From an uncultured Lactobacillaceae bacterium (lineage in GTDB: Bacteria; Bacillota; Bacilli; Lactobacillales; Lactobacillaceae), in the NCBI GenBank assembly GCA_945285405.1, contig CALYQJ010000003.1:2761-66760 (forward strand): a stretch of 64,000 nt of DNA, written 5' to 3'. Below the pieces are notes generated by a model, which was not told the DNA's origin, ran no database searches, and saw nothing but the letters and a program-made list of their open reading frames with translations. Positions 1-10,993 of this stretch are shown here, piece by piece. A program made the position numbers and the translations under genes. The first letter of the stretch is position 1. The number at the start of each line of letters is the position of its first letter.

Positions 1-1
1 T

Positions 2-736
2 TTATTAGAAAAATATCATCTTCATCCGGCTTATATAACTTTAAATGGAGCCCAAGTTTTTGATGAAAATGAAAAAGTTCAAGTTGAATTACCATTAAAT
101 CTTGAAGTTAGCCATCAAATTATTTCCACTCTAAGAAAATATAAATTATATTTTGAAATGGTCACGAATCAAGGTATATTCTCTAATAGTAAAGTTCAAC
201 GAATTAATAATATTGCCAACTTAATTACTAATCTTAATCCTGATACACCATTCAAACTTGCAATCGCATTATCTTCTGCTAGATTAGAACTGATGAAAAT
301 ACAGTATATAAAAGACTACGATGAATTGTTGGCTAGACCTGCAATTAACATTTTTAAAATTATCGCATTCGATTCTAATCATCCCAATAATTTAATTTCT
401 GTAAAAAATGACCTTATAAATGAATTTAATTCAAAAATTATCATAACTTCTAGTTCAAAATTTAATATTGAAATTAACGATATTCATGCTCAAAAAGGCA
501 TTGCTTTAAAGAAATATGCTGACAAAAAAGGAATCAGTTCCGATGAAATTATGACTTTAGGTGATAATATTAACGATACAACGATGATTCAGTACGCTAA
601 ATATTCAGTAGCAATGGAAAATGCGGTTGATTCCATTAAAAAAATTGCCAATTATATTACCACTAGAAATGATCAAGCTGGAGTTGCTAAAGCAATTAAA
701 AAAGCGATTCAATTTAATGCAAATAGCATATCCTAA
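2..736 (+). CDS. Cof-type HAD-IIB family hydrolase, 5'-truncated by the window edge
   Basis: The frame is open from nt 2 (LLEKYHLHPAYITLNGAQV) into ORF 158..736. HAD motifs KGIAL and LGDNINDTTM are present. Confidence 0.88.
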   Translation, partial: LLEKYHLHPAYITLNGAQVFDENEKVQVELPLNLEVSHQIISTLRKYKLYFEMVTNQGIFSNSKVQRINNIANLITNLNPDTPFKLAIALSSARLELMKIQYIKDYDELLARPAINIFKIIAFDSNHPNNLISVKNDLINEFNSKIIITSSSKFNIEINDIHAQKGIALKKYADKKGISSDEIMTLGDNINDTTMIQYAKYSVAMENAVDSIKKIANYITTRNDQAGVAKAIKKAIQFNANSIS

Positions 737-783
737 AAAAATTGCTTAACTTTGTAGTTCATTAACAAAGCTAAGCAATTTTT
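737..783. terminator. Bidirectional intrinsic terminator between the convergent HAD hydrolase and whiA
   Basis: Inverted repeat AAAAATTGCTTAACTTTGT...ACAAAGCTAAGCAATTTTT with A/T tails on both sides. Confidence 0.8.
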
Positions 784-1717
784 AATTTTCCATTAGGCGT
801 TGCGCATAACTATTAATTTTACGTAAGCGATAATTAACACCTGATTTACTGACATTTTCGCCCATTTCATTTTTCATCAATTTACTTAATTCTTCGGTTG
901 AAGCAGTAGGATATTTAAGACGCAATTCAGCTACACTACGCCATTGTTCTGGAAAATCTTCATCACCTTTTAAACGGTAAATCAATTTAATATTTTCAAT
1001 TTGGCGTTGCGCTGCAGCAATTGTCTTATTAATATTAGCCGTTTCACAATTCACTACGCGATTTACAGAATTTCGCATATCTCGAACAATCCGTTCATCT
1101 TCAAAATAAAGCATCGATTCTGTTGCACCTAATAACTGCAAAAAATCACTAATTTTTTCAGCTTCTTTAAGATAAACGATAAAACCATTACGACGTTCCG
1201 TAATACGTGCATTGAAGTCTAACTTCTTCATTATTGTTTGAATTTGTCGAGCTTGTTCCCGATATTGAGTCGCAATTTCTAAGTGATAACTAGATTGTTT
1301 AGGATCATTAACGCTACCAGTAGCCAAAAATGCTCCTCGTAAAAATCCGGCTTTTTTTTCATCATTATTGGTGAAGATACTAGCGGCTCGCGTTAAATTA
1401 CCATCCAAAGAAAATCTAAATTTAGTTAAAACCTGATTTGCTTCATGAATAATTCTTAAAATAAACTGACGATTTTTTTGTAGTTTATTTTTTCGAGTAA
1501 TAACTACAGTAGGTTCAAAATTAAAAATTTTTTTAAAAAGTAAATAAATTCTCCGAGAAGTAGGTGAATTTTCAGTTTTTAATTCTAAAACCAAGTGTTT
1601 ATCAATAATATGAATCGATCCGGTTAAAATAATGAGTGCTGCTAATTCACTATTAGCTTCCGGCTTATCAATTGGAGATACTGTTAATTCTTTTTTAACA
1701 TCTTGAGCAAAAGACAC
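782..1717 (-). CDS. whiA: DNA-binding protein WhiA
   Basis: MSFAQDVKKEL start, FLRGAFLATGSVNDP, RNSVNRVVNCETAN, SKSGVNYRLRK. Lies in the rapZ-yvcK-whiA operon. GTG start after GAGG. Confidence 0.96.
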   Translation of the reverse strand: MSFAQDVKKELTVSPIDKPEANSELAALIILTGSIHIIDKHLVLELKTENSPTSRRIYLLFKKIFNFEPTVVITRKNKLQKNRQFILRIIHEANQVLTKFRFSLDGNLTRAASIFTNNDEKKAGFLRGAFLATGSVNDPKQSSYHLEIATQYREQARQIQTIMKKLDFNARITERRNGFIVYLKEAEKISDFLQLLGATESMLYFEDERIVRDMRNSVNRVVNCETANINKTIAAAQRQIENIKLIYRLKGDEDFPEQWRSVAELRLKYPTASTEELSKLMKNEMGENVSKSGVNYRLRKINSYAQRLMEN

Positions 1718-1728
1718 CTATTACCTCG

Positions 1729-2742
1729 TTAATTATCATTTGAAAAAGATAAATTTAAAATTTCTTTAGCAATTTTAGGACCATTATGATAAACCCCATC
1801 ATCTCTGAAATCAAGAAAATTATCCATGATTACTTTTAATCCTAAATTACGCAACGTTGCAAAATCATCTTTAACTGGTTCTAAATAGCCGTCTCCCGTT
1901 GGATGAATTAAATATCGTTTAGGAACATGACCATTATTAACCAAAATTGTATCAATAAAATTTTGATGTAGATGTTCATTTAACACTTGAATATGCATCG
2001 CATCAGTAAAATGTTCTGTTTCACCTTTTTGCGTCATCAAATTGCAAATATAAACTATTTGCGCAGAAGTTTTAATTAATGCATCTCCAACATTTGAAAT
2101 TACTAAATTAGGTAAAATACTAGTAAATAAACTTCCCGGACCTAATACTACAACTTTAGCATTCATAATTGCGTCAATAACCGCATCAACTGCATGAGGT
2201 TCAATTTGGGAATTGATTTCTTTGACCCAAACTTTTTTTATTTGCTTACTAGAAGCAACAATTTCAGTTTCACCTACACCTCTACTACCATCAGTAAATT
2301 CAGCATGTAAAGTTAAAGGCGTATTGCTAGCTGGATAAACATGACCATCTACTTTCATCATTTGGGATAATTCCTGAATAGCAGGAAAAATGCCACCGCG
2401 CATTTCAGATAAAGCCGAAATAATTAGATTCCCAATTGCATGCCCTGCTAAAAATGAGTCGTTACTCTGAAAACGGTACTGAAAAATGTCCAATTCTTCC
2501 TGAGACAAATCTGATAATGAAACTAATACATTGCGAATATCTCCTGGTGGAACAACATTCATATAATTACGAATAATTCCAGAAGAACCTCCGTTATCTG
2601 ACACCGTAACTATAGCAGTAAGATTAGCATTTAAATTACGTAAATTTTTTAAAACTACCGGAAGTCCTGTACCTCCACCAATTACAACTATGTTAGGGCG
2701 GCGTCCTTTAATAACACGTACAATACGATTTTCTCTTGTCAT
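1729..2742 (-). CDS. yvcK: YvcK/GlmR family UDP-GlcNAc-binding protein (gluconeogenesis factor)
   Basis: VIGGGTGL, DNGGSSG, PPGDIRN and GPGSLFTSILPNL motifs. Confidence 0.95.
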   Translation of the reverse strand: MTRENRIVRVIKGRRPNIVVIGGGTGLPVVLKNLRNLNANLTAIVTVSDNGGSSGIIRNYMNVVPPGDIRNVLVSLSDLSQEELDIFQYRFQSNDSFLAGHAIGNLIISALSEMRGGIFPAIQELSQMMKVDGHVYPASNTPLTLHAEFTDGSRGVGETEIVASSKQIKKVWVKEINSQIEPHAVDAVIDAIMNAKVVVLGPGSLFTSILPNLVISNVGDALIKTSAQIVYICNLMTQKGETEHFTDAMHIQVLNEHLHQNFIDTILVNNGHVPKRYLIHPTGDGYLEPVKDDFATLRNLGLKVIMDNFLDFRDDGVYHNGPKIAKEILNLSFSNDN

Positions 2743-3615
2743 TTATGCTTCTCGCTGTTCTTTTTTAAAATCACGATTAGTCAAATCGACCGAATAATTT
2801 AATGATAAATCATCATGTAACCGTTTAGCAATTGCAACTGAACGATGTTGCCCTCCAGTACACCCAATTGCAATTGTTAAATTTTGTTTACCTTGTTTTT
2901 TAAAACCCGGTATCGTGCTATTAACCAATGCCAAGAGTCGTTGATAAAAAGCATTGATTTCTGGTTGTTTCATAACATAATCATAAACGGGTTGATCTAA
3001 GCCGGTTAGAGGTTTTAAATTTGATACATAAAAAGGATTTTGTAAAAAACGAACATCAACAACAGCATCTGCATCAATGGGAATTCCATATTTATATCCA
3101 AAACTAATAATTTCAATAAAAAATGGCTCTTCTTTATCGTCTTTAAAATCGTGAAAAATTTGATGACGTAAATCAGTAGGTTTTAAATTAGTTGTATCAA
3201 TAACAATTTGCGACTTTTTTCTAACTTCTCGTAGCAATTCTCGTTCACGTTTAATACCATCCATTAATCTACCCTCTGGAGCTAAAGGATGATTACGACG
3301 AGTTTCTTTATAGCGAGCTACAAGTGTATCATCTGTTGCATCTAAAAACATAATTTTAGCTTGGTGGGTCTTTTCAGAAATAAACGTCAAAAAAGAACTC
3401 ACCTGATCAAAAAAGACATTAGATCTTAAATCAATAACTAAAACTATTTTTTTTATTGACGAATTATTAATAATTAATTCCCAAAACTTAGAAAATAAAG
3501 CGGGGGGCATATTATCAACACAAAAATAGCCCATATCTTCGAAACATTGAGCAGCAACTGTCTTACCAGCACCACTCATTCCTGTAACAATAACTACCTT
3601 AATCTCATCTTTCAT
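2743..3615 (-). CDS. rapZ: RNase adapter RapZ (YvcJ) P-loop protein
   Basis: TGMSGAGKT, VDNMPP, DVRFL and IGCTGGQHRSV motifs. Confidence 0.96.
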   Translation of the reverse strand: MKDEIKVVIVTGMSGAGKTVAAQCFEDMGYFCVDNMPPALFSKFWELIINNSSIKKIVLVIDLRSNVFFDQVSSFLTFISEKTHQAKIMFLDATDDTLVARYKETRRNHPLAPEGRLMDGIKRERELLREVRKKSQIVIDTTNLKPTDLRHQIFHDFKDDKEEPFFIEIISFGYKYGIPIDADAVVDVRFLQNPFYVSNLKPLTGLDQPVYDYVMKQPEINAFYQRLLALVNSTIPGFKKQGKQNLTIAIGCTGGQHRSVAIAKRLHDDLSLNYSVDLTNRDFKKEQREA

Positions 3616-6452
3616 ACTTTTTCCTTTTTTAAAATTTCGGCTAAATAATGACCAGTGTAAGATTTAGGTGATTTAGCTACTTCTTCAGGTGTGCCACTAG
3701 CAACAATTTGACCACCCTTATCTCCACCTTCAGGTCCTAAATCAATAATATAATCTGCTGATTTAATTACATCAAGATTATGCTCAATAATAACTATTGT
3801 ATTACCCTGATCAACCAAGCGATTAAGGACATTTAATAAACGAGAAATATCGTCAGTATGTAACCCTGTTGTTGGTTCATCCAATATATAAAAGTTATGG
3901 CCACTGGACTTCTTTTGTAACTCTGAAGCTAATTTCATTCGTTGAGCTTCTCCCCCGGATAAATCTAAAGCACTTTGTCCTAATTTTAAATATCCCAAAC
4001 CTACATCTACAATAGTTTGTAACTTTCTTTTTATTTTTTGATGATTTTTAAAAAATTCTAAAGCTTCTTCTACTCGCATTTCTAAAACATCGTAAATATT
4101 TTTTCCTTTATACTCTACTTCTAAAGTTTCAGAATTATAGCGGCGTCCATGACAAACATCACATTTTACAAAAACATCAGGAAGAAAATTCATTTCAATT
4201 TTTATAATTCCGTCTCCACGACAAGCTTCGCATCGTCCACCTTTAGTATTAAAACTGAATCTTCCTTTTTTGTATCCCCTTACTTTAGCATCATTCGTTT
4301 GGGCAAATAATTCTCGAATATCGTCAAATACTCCTGTATAAGTAGCTGGGTTAGAACGTGGTGTTCGGCCAATAGGGCTTTGATCAATATTAATAATTTT
4401 TTCAATTCCACTCATTCCCGAAAGTTGCTTAAATGGCTCAGGTTTCGAGGTTGAAAGATGAAGATATTGACGCATTGCTCGTTTTAGAGTTCCATTAATT
4501 AAAGTCGACTTCCCCGAACCAGAAACTCCCGTAACTAAAACTAATTCACCTCTTGGTATAGTTACTGTTAAATTTTTTAAATTATGACCACATGCTCCTG
4601 TAATTTTAATTTGTTTTCCATCCCCTTTACGACGTTTTTGAGGTAAAGGAATAACTTTTTTTCCTGATAAATATTGTCCAGTTAATGAATTAGGATTCTT
4701 TTCAACTTCTTCTGGAGTTCCAGCAGCTACGATTTGGCCACCTTGATCACCAGCTCCTGGACCAATATCAACTAAATAATCGGCAGCTAACATTGTTTCT
4801 TCATCATGTTCAACAACTACTAAAGTATTCCCCAAATCTCGCATTTCCTTTAGTGAAGTAATTAAACGGGCATTATCGCGTTGATGTAATCCAATTGATG
4901 GTTCATCTAAAATATATAAAACTCCAGATAAATTAGAACCAATTTGAGTTGCTAAACGAATTCGTTGAGCTTCTCCACCTGATAGAGTTCCAGCAGCGCG
5001 ACTTAAAGAAAGATAATCCAATCCAACATTAATTAAGAAAGTTAACCGGTCAATAACTTCCTTTAATATCGGTTTAGCTATGGTCATTTCTTTTTTTGTA
5101 AGCTTTAAACTTTGAAAGAACTTTAATTCATTTTTTATTGGTAAATCACAAATTTCAGCAATATTTTTACCCATAATTTTAATAGCCAAAGCTTTCCGAT
5201 TTAAGCGAGCCCCATGGCAAGTAGCACAAACAATTTCATCCATATAACCGTACATTACTGAGCGTACAAAATCACTATTAGTTTCATGATAGCGCCGATT
5301 AATATTATTCATCACTCCTTCAAAAACATATTTGCCATCACTAACTTTGCCAAATTCATTAACAAAATGAAATGGAAATTTTTTACCCTGTGAACCGAGT
5401 AAAACCAAGTCTTGATCTTTTTTTGGTAATTTTTCAAAGGGCACATTACGATCAATACCAAAATAATCACATGCTTGATTTAGCATTTCTGGATAATATC
5501 GACTAGTAATTGGATTCCAGGGAACAACTGCACCTTCGTTTATAGTTTTGTGTCGATCTGGAATTACTAAATCGGGATCCACTTGCAACTGAATTCCTAA
5601 ACCATCACACGTTTCACAAGCACCAAAAGGTGCATTAAAAGATAAAAGTCGTGGTTCAATTTCACCAACAGTAAAGCCACAAATTGGACATGCATAGTGT
5701 TCAGAGAAAATTAAAGGATCTGAACCAATTACATCAACATTAACATACCCTTCTGCTAGTCTTAGTGCTGATTCCATTGAATCAAAAAGCCGACTTTTAA
5801 TCCCATCTTTAATTACAATTCGATCAACAACAACTGAAATATCATGTTTTTTATTCTTATTCAAGTTAAGTTCATCAGCTATATCATGGATTTCACCATC
5901 GACCATTATTCGGACATAGCCTTCTTTTTTGATTCGATCTAATACTTTCTGATGTTGACCTCTTTTTTGACGTACCATCGGACTTAAAATCTGAATTCTT
6001 TGACCCCCTGGTAAATTTAGAATTCGATTAACCATTTGTTCAACTGATTGACTAGTAATTTCTGTACCATCATTTGGACAAATTGGATGACCTACTCGAG
6101 CCCATAATAGTCTTAAATAATCATTGATTTCAGTCACCGTTCCAACAGTTGAACGAGGATTTTTAGAAGTAGTTTTTTGATCTATTGATATTGCTGGTGA
6201 AAGGCCATCAATACTATCCACATCAGGCTTTTCAATTTTACCTAAAAATTGTCGAGCATAGCTTGACAAGCTTTCAACATAACGTCGCCGTCCTTCAGCA
6301 TATAAAGTGTCAAAAGCTAATGAACTTTTTCCAGATCCAGAAAGTCCAGTAAACACGACTAAAGAATTTTTAGGAATCTTTAAATTCACATTTTTTAAAT
6401 TATTTTCTCGTGCCCCTCGAATAATAATATCTTTTTGTTCCCAATGTGCCAT
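3612..6452 (-). CDS. uvrA: Excinuclease ABC subunit A
   Basis: Two ABC ATPase modules (GLSGSGKS, GVSGSGKS, LSGGEAQR twice) and CxxC zinc fingers. Confidence 0.98.
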   Translation of the reverse strand: MAHWEQKDIIIRGARENNLKNVNLKIPKNSLVVFTGLSGSGKSSLAFDTLYAEGRRRYVESLSSYARQFLGKIEKPDVDSIDGLSPAISIDQKTTSKNPRSTVGTVTEINDYLRLLWARVGHPICPNDGTEITSQSVEQMVNRILNLPGGQRIQILSPMVRQKRGQHQKVLDRIKKEGYVRIMVDGEIHDIADELNLNKNKKHDISVVVDRIVIKDGIKSRLFDSMESALRLAEGYVNVDVIGSDPLIFSEHYACPICGFTVGEIEPRLLSFNAPFGACETCDGLGIQLQVDPDLVIPDRHKTINEGAVVPWNPITSRYYPEMLNQACDYFGIDRNVPFEKLPKKDQDLVLLGSQGKKFPFHFVNEFGKVSDGKYVFEGVMNNINRRYHETNSDFVRSVMYGYMDEIVCATCHGARLNRKALAIKIMGKNIAEICDLPIKNELKFFQSLKLTKKEMTIAKPILKEVIDRLTFLINVGLDYLSLSRAAGTLSGGEAQRIRLATQIGSNLSGVLYILDEPSIGLHQRDNARLITSLKEMRDLGNTLVVVEHDEETMLAADYLVDIGPGAGDQGGQIVAAGTPEEVEKNPNSLTGQYLSGKKVIPLPQKRRKGDGKQIKITGACGHNLKNLTVTIPRGELVLVTGVSGSGKSTLINGTLKRAMRQYLHLSTSKPEPFKQLSGMSGIEKIINIDQSPIGRTPRSNPATYTGVFDDIRELFAQTNDAKVRGYKKGRFSFNTKGGRCEACRGDGIIKIEMNFLPDVFVKCDVCHGRRYNSETLEVEYKGKNIYDVLEMRVEEALEFFKNHQKIKRKLQTIVDVGLGYLKLGQSALDLSGGEAQRMKLASELQKKSSGHNFYILDEPTTGLHTDDISRLLNVLNRLVDQGNTIVIIEHNLDVIKSADYIIDLGPEGGDKGGQIVASGTPEEVAKSPKSYTGHYLAEILKKEKV

Positions 6453-6461
6453 AAATCCTCC

Positions 6462-8459
6462 CTACTTTTGTGCTTCTAATTCTAAAATCGTATCACGCAA
6501 TTCTGCAGCTGTTTCAAAATCAAGTTTTTTAGCCGCTTCTTGCATTTGCTTTTTTAAACGATTGATAATTTCTTTACGTTCTTTTTTATTCAATTTATTA
6601 TAATCAAAGTTTTCAGTTGTAATTTGATCTTTATTGTTGTCTTCAACAATTGCGGAAATATTATCACGGATTGGTTTAATTATAGTTTTTGGAGTAATTC
6701 CATGCTCTTGATTATACTTTTCTTGAATTGAACGACGTCGTTTAGTTTCATTAATTGCTGCCTTCATTGAATCGGTAATCTTATCAGCATACATAATTAC
6801 TTCACCATGCTCATTTCTAGAAGCTCGACCGATTGTTTGAATTAATGAACGTTCAGCACGCAAAAAGCCTTCTTTATCTGCATCTAAAATTGCAACTAAT
6901 GAAACTTCAGGGACATCCAAACCCTCTCTTAAAAGATTGATTCCAACCAAAACATCAAATTTACCTAATCTTAAATCTCTAATGATTTCTGTCCGTTCCA
7001 AAGTCTTAACATCACTATGCAAATATCGTACTTTAATATTAAGATTTTTTAAATAATCAGTTAAATCTTCAGCCATTTTTTTAGTCAAAGTAGTTACAAA
7101 TACTCGCTCATTTTTCGCTACCCGCTGATTAATTTCCCCAACTAAATCATCGATTTGCCCCATAATTGGTCGAACTTCAATTAAGGGATCCAATAACCCA
7201 GTAGGTCGAATGATTTGTTCTGTAATATTTTGAGTACGACTCAGTTCATAAGGACCTGGCGTAGCAGAAACATAAAGAATTTGATTAACATGTTGTTCAA
7301 ATTCATGCAACTTTAAAGGTCGATTGTCTAATGCTGAAGGCAACCGAAAGCCATAATTAATTAAAGTTTGCTTTCGAGCTCGATCACCATTATACATTCC
7401 CCGAATTTGAGGCATGGTTACGTGAGATTCGTCAACCATAATTAAAAAATCTTTTGGAAAAAAGTCTAACAATGTATATGGAGGTTCTCCTGGTTTACGA
7501 CCATCCATATGTCGTGAATAATTTTCAATTCCAGAAGTGTATCCCATTTCCCGTAGCATCTCAATATCATAGTGAGTTCGTTGTTCTAAACGTTGAGCTT
7601 CAAGTAATTTATTATCATCACGTAGTTGCTTTAATCGATGATCAAGCTCATTTTCAATTCCTTTTAAAGCTATATCCATTTGATTAGCATTAACCATAAA
7701 GTGAGTAGCAGGAAAAATTACTACATGATTTCTTTTACCAATCACTTCACCAGTCAAAGCATTTACTTCCGTAATTTGATCAACTTCATCACCAAAAAAT
7801 TCAACTCGAATTGCATTTTCTCCTTGTGATGCTGGAAAAATTTCTACTACGTCACCTCGAACTCGAAAACGTCCCCGTTGAAAATCAATATCATTACGTT
7901 CATATTGGATTTCAACTAGTGCTTTTAATAATTTATTACGAGAAATTTCCATTCCAGGACGAATTGATACTGAATGATCACGATATTCTACTGGATTTCC
8001 TAAACCGAAAATACTAGAAACCGAAGCAACTACAATTACATCATTACGTTCAAGTAAAGCACTTGTTGCCGAGTGGCGTAATTTATCAATTTCATCATTA
8101 ATCGAAGCATCTTTTTCAATATAAGTATCACTTGAAGGAACATAAGCTTCCGGTTGATAATAATCATAATAACTGACAAAATACTCTACTGCATTATGGG
8201 GAAAAAATTCTTTAAACTCACCATACAATTGTCCTGCTAAAGTTTTATTATGCGATAAAACTAACGTAGGACGATTTAAATTAGCAATAATTTCTGACAT
8301 GGTAAAAGTTTTACCAGTTCCAGTTGCACCCCAAAGAATTTCTTCTTTATTTCCTTTTAAAAAGTCTTCTGTAATTTTCTTAATTGCCTGAGGTTGATCA
8401 CCTGCTGGTTGATAATTTGTAACTAGTTCAAATTTATTATTTGTCGTTCTTTTGATCAT
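6462..8459 (-). CDS. uvrB: Excinuclease ABC subunit B
   Basis: [18 protein letters not shown] beta-hairpin, DESH and C-terminal UVR domain. Confidence 0.98.
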   Translation of the reverse strand: MIKRTTNNKFELVTNYQPAGDQPQAIKKITEDFLKGNKEEILWGATGTGKTFTMSEIIANLNRPTLVLSHNKTLAGQLYGEFKEFFPHNAVEYFVSYYDYYQPEAYVPSSDTYIEKDASINDEIDKLRHSATSALLERNDVIVVASVSSIFGLGNPVEYRDHSVSIRPGMEISRNKLLKALVEIQYERNDIDFQRGRFRVRGDVVEIFPASQGENAIRVEFFGDEVDQITEVNALTGEVIGKRNHVVIFPATHFMVNANQMDIALKGIENELDHRLKQLRDDNKLLEAQRLEQRTHYDIEMLREMGYTSGIENYSRHMDGRKPGEPPYTLLDFFPKDFLIMVDESHVTMPQIRGMYNGDRARKQTLINYGFRLPSALDNRPLKLHEFEQHVNQILYVSATPGPYELSRTQNITEQIIRPTGLLDPLIEVRPIMGQIDDLVGEINQRVAKNERVFVTTLTKKMAEDLTDYLKNLNIKVRYLHSDVKTLERTEIIRDLRLGKFDVLVGINLLREGLDVPEVSLVAILDADKEGFLRAERSLIQTIGRASRNEHGEVIMYADKITDSMKAAINETKRRRSIQEKYNQEHGITPKTIIKPIRDNISAIVEDNNKDQITTENFDYNKLNKKERKEIINRLKKQMQEAAKKLDFETAAELRDTILELEAQK

Positions 8460-8476
8460 TATTCTTACCTCATCGC

Positions 8477-8509
8477 TAAATAAAGCGAGACAATCTAGTG
8501 TCTCGCTTA
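8477..8509 (-). terminator. Hairpin/terminator between the HD-domain gene and uvrB
   Basis: 10-bp stem AAGCGAGACA-N6-TGTCTCGCTT followed by TATTT on the minus strand. Confidence 0.6.
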
Positions 8510-8531
8510 AACTAAAAGGTTAATATTATAA

Positions 8532-9182
8532 TTAAAGTTCATGAATTTCAATTGAATTCATAATGTTATCTACAATTGTTGCTAAGCGATCCTGATAAAG
8601 AAATTCTTCTTCTAACATTTCAGGAAGAATTTTTTTAATAAAGTAACGTACTGAATAAAGCTCTTGAAATTTCAAGATGGTTGTTAAACTTTCTTCAAAC
8701 ATTGAAAAATAAACTTCCTCAGGATTACCTTTTTCAATTTCACCAAAAGATTCATAAAGTAAATCCAACTTATCAGAAACTGAAAGAATTTTACCTTCTA
8801 GAGTATCATCTTTACCTTCTCCAAATCGACGACGAAAAGTATCTCGTAAATTTTCAGGAATTTCATGATCAATAAAGTTAGTTGTCATTGAAGATTCAAC
8901 AGTAGCTAACATTTCTCTTAAACTAGGTGATGCATATTTAACTGGTGTTTTTATATCTCCAATGAAACGTTCAGTATAATCATGGTTTAATGATTTTTCA
9001 TATAGTCGTCGCCAATTTACTGGATTACCGTTAAGATTTTCCAAATCACCAAGTAATTGAGCTATTTCAGCTACTCTAAAAGAATGTGCTGCCACGGAAT
9101 GTTGCTCAAATTTAAAATATCCAGGAGCTCGATAAATTTTTTCTAAATCATTTAAACTTCTTAAATATTGATGTAATCCCAA
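8532..9182 (-). CDS. HD-domain phosphohydrolase (YfbR-like 5'-deoxynucleotidase family)
   Basis: HSVAAHS, NHDYTE, GDIKTPVK and DKLD motifs. TTG start after AGAGG. Confidence 0.85.
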   Translation of the reverse strand: MGLHQYLRSLNDLEKIYRAPGYFKFEQHSVAAHSFRVAEIAQLLGDLENLNGNPVNWRRLYEKSLNHDYTERFIGDIKTPVKYASPSLREMLATVESSMTTNFIDHEIPENLRDTFRRRFGEGKDDTLEGKILSVSDKLDLLYESFGEIEKGNPEEVYFSMFEESLTTILKFQELYSVRYFIKKILPEMLEEEFLYQDRLATIVDNIMNSIEIHEL

Positions 9183-9192
9183 AAAATTACCT

Positions 9193-10914
9193 CTATTTTA
9201 AATACTTTTTTAACTCTGAAATGAGCGTTGATAGTTTTTTATCTGCCAAAGTTTGGTTCTCACCTTGAGTTCCAAAATAAAATTTAATTTTAGGTTCCGT
9301 TCCTGAAGGACGAACAGCAATCCAAGAACCATCAAGTAAAAGATATCTTAAAACATTAGATTTTGGCATATTTAATAAACTTTCCTTACCAGTTGTAATT
9401 TCTTTACGTAAATTTTGATCGTAATCTTCTACAAATTCAACTGGAAATTGGCCAAAATTAACAATTTTAGTTTGTCGTAATTTATTCATAATTGCAGTCA
9501 TTTTATCTTTACCAGATAAACCAGAAAACTCCTGCGATACTGTTTTTTCGACAAAATAACCATATTTGGCAAATATTTCCTGTAAGCCATCATAAATAGT
9601 TTGATTTTTTGATTTATAATATGCCGCTATCTCTGCCATAATTGTAATTGCTTGAATTGCATCCTTATCACGAACAAACGGCTTTAACAAATACCCATAA
9701 CTTTCTTCAAAACCAAACAAGAATGTCCCATTGTGCTTTTGAGCAAATTCTTCAATTTTTTCACCAATAAACTTAAATCCAGTCTCAACTTGATATGTTT
9801 TGACACCAAATGATGCTGCAATTTTTTGTGGTAAAAAGCTAGAGACAATTGACTCTATAATAGCTCCATCTTTAGGTAATTCATGGTTTAACTTTTTAGC
9901 AGTTAACAAATAATTTAAAATAATAGCTGCTATTTGATTACCAGTCAACTGATGATACTTACCATCAAGAAATTTAATTTCTACTCCTAAACGATCAGCA
10001 TCAGGATCTGAAGCAACCAAAATATCAGCATTTACTTGTGCCCCAATTTTCTCCGCCGCTGCAAATGTTTCTTCATATTCGGGATTTGGTCGCGGTGTTT
10101 GAGGAAATTCTGGATCTGCAATTGCTTGATTAGCAACCATATAAAAATTACCAAATCCTTCGTTTTTTAAGGCTTTATAACCAATAACTTTACCCGTCCC
10201 ATATAAAGGCGTATAAACAATTTTAGTTTTTGGTGCCCAAGATTTAATTAATTTTTGATCAACGTTTACCGTTTTTACCTGTGCTAAATACGCCTCATCA
10301 ACATCATAACCAATAATCTCTAATAAATTAGCAGCGCGTAATTCATGAGTAAATGATTCTGGAATATGGAAAAGATCAGTAACTTGACGGATATATTTAG
10401 TAACTATCGCTGCGTGTTCGGGCGACATCTGTGCTCCATCAGAACCATAAACTTTATAGCCATTATAGTTTTTAGGATTATGACTTGCAGTAATCATGAT
10501 TCCCGCAAAAGTATGTAATTCTCTAATTGCAAAAGAAAGTTCTGGAGTTGGGCGAATATCATCAAACATGTAAACTTTAATTTGATGGTGACCTAAAACC
10601 GCTGCCGACTTTTCAGCAAATTCACGAGAATGATATCTTGAATCGTAACTAATTACTACACCCTGTTGTTGAGCTTGTGATCCTTGGTCAAGAATAAATC
10701 GAGCTAAACCTTCTGTAGCTTGCTTTACAGTATAAATATTCATTTGACCAACTCCGGGGCCCAATAATCCCCGCATTCCTGCTGTACCAAATTCCATTGG
10801 ACAGCCAAAAGATTCCTGCTTCTCATTTTCTGACATATTAAGTAACTGTGTCTTTAATTCAGGATCCAATTCCTTAAAATTAAGCCAGTTTTCAAATTCT
10901 TTTTGATAGTCCAT
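9193..10914 (-). CDS. pgm: Phosphoglucomutase / phospho-sugar mutase
   Basis: FGTAGMRG, phosphoserine motif ITASHNP, DPDADR, GFEESYG and RPSGTEPK. Confidence 0.93.
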   Translation of the reverse strand: MDYQKEFENWLNFKELDPELKTQLLNMSENEKQESFGCPMEFGTAGMRGLLGPGVGQMNIYTVKQATEGLARFILDQGSQAQQQGVVISYDSRYHSREFAEKSAAVLGHHQIKVYMFDDIRPTPELSFAIRELHTFAGIMITASHNPKNYNGYKVYGSDGAQMSPEHAAIVTKYIRQVTDLFHIPESFTHELRAANLLEIIGYDVDEAYLAQVKTVNVDQKLIKSWAPKTKIVYTPLYGTGKVIGYKALKNEGFGNFYMVANQAIADPEFPQTPRPNPEYEETFAAAEKIGAQVNADILVASDPDADRLGVEIKFLDGKYHQLTGNQIAAIILNYLLTAKKLNHELPKDGAIIESIVSSFLPQKIAASFGVKTYQVETGFKFIGEKIEEFAQKHNGTFLFGFEESYGYLLKPFVRDKDAIQAITIMAEIAAYYKSKNQTIYDGLQEIFAKYGYFVEKTVSQEFSGLSGKDKMTAIMNKLRQTKIVNFGQFPVEFVEDYDQNLRKEITTGKESLLNMPKSNVLRYLLLDGSWIAVRPSGTEPKIKFYFGTQGENQTLADKKLSTLISELKKYLK

Positions 10915-10993
10915 ATTTTCCTCCAGACTTTAAGTAAAACTAAGTAAATTATAGCTTGAACCCACAAGAAAATATATTATTTTTATTCAAAGA

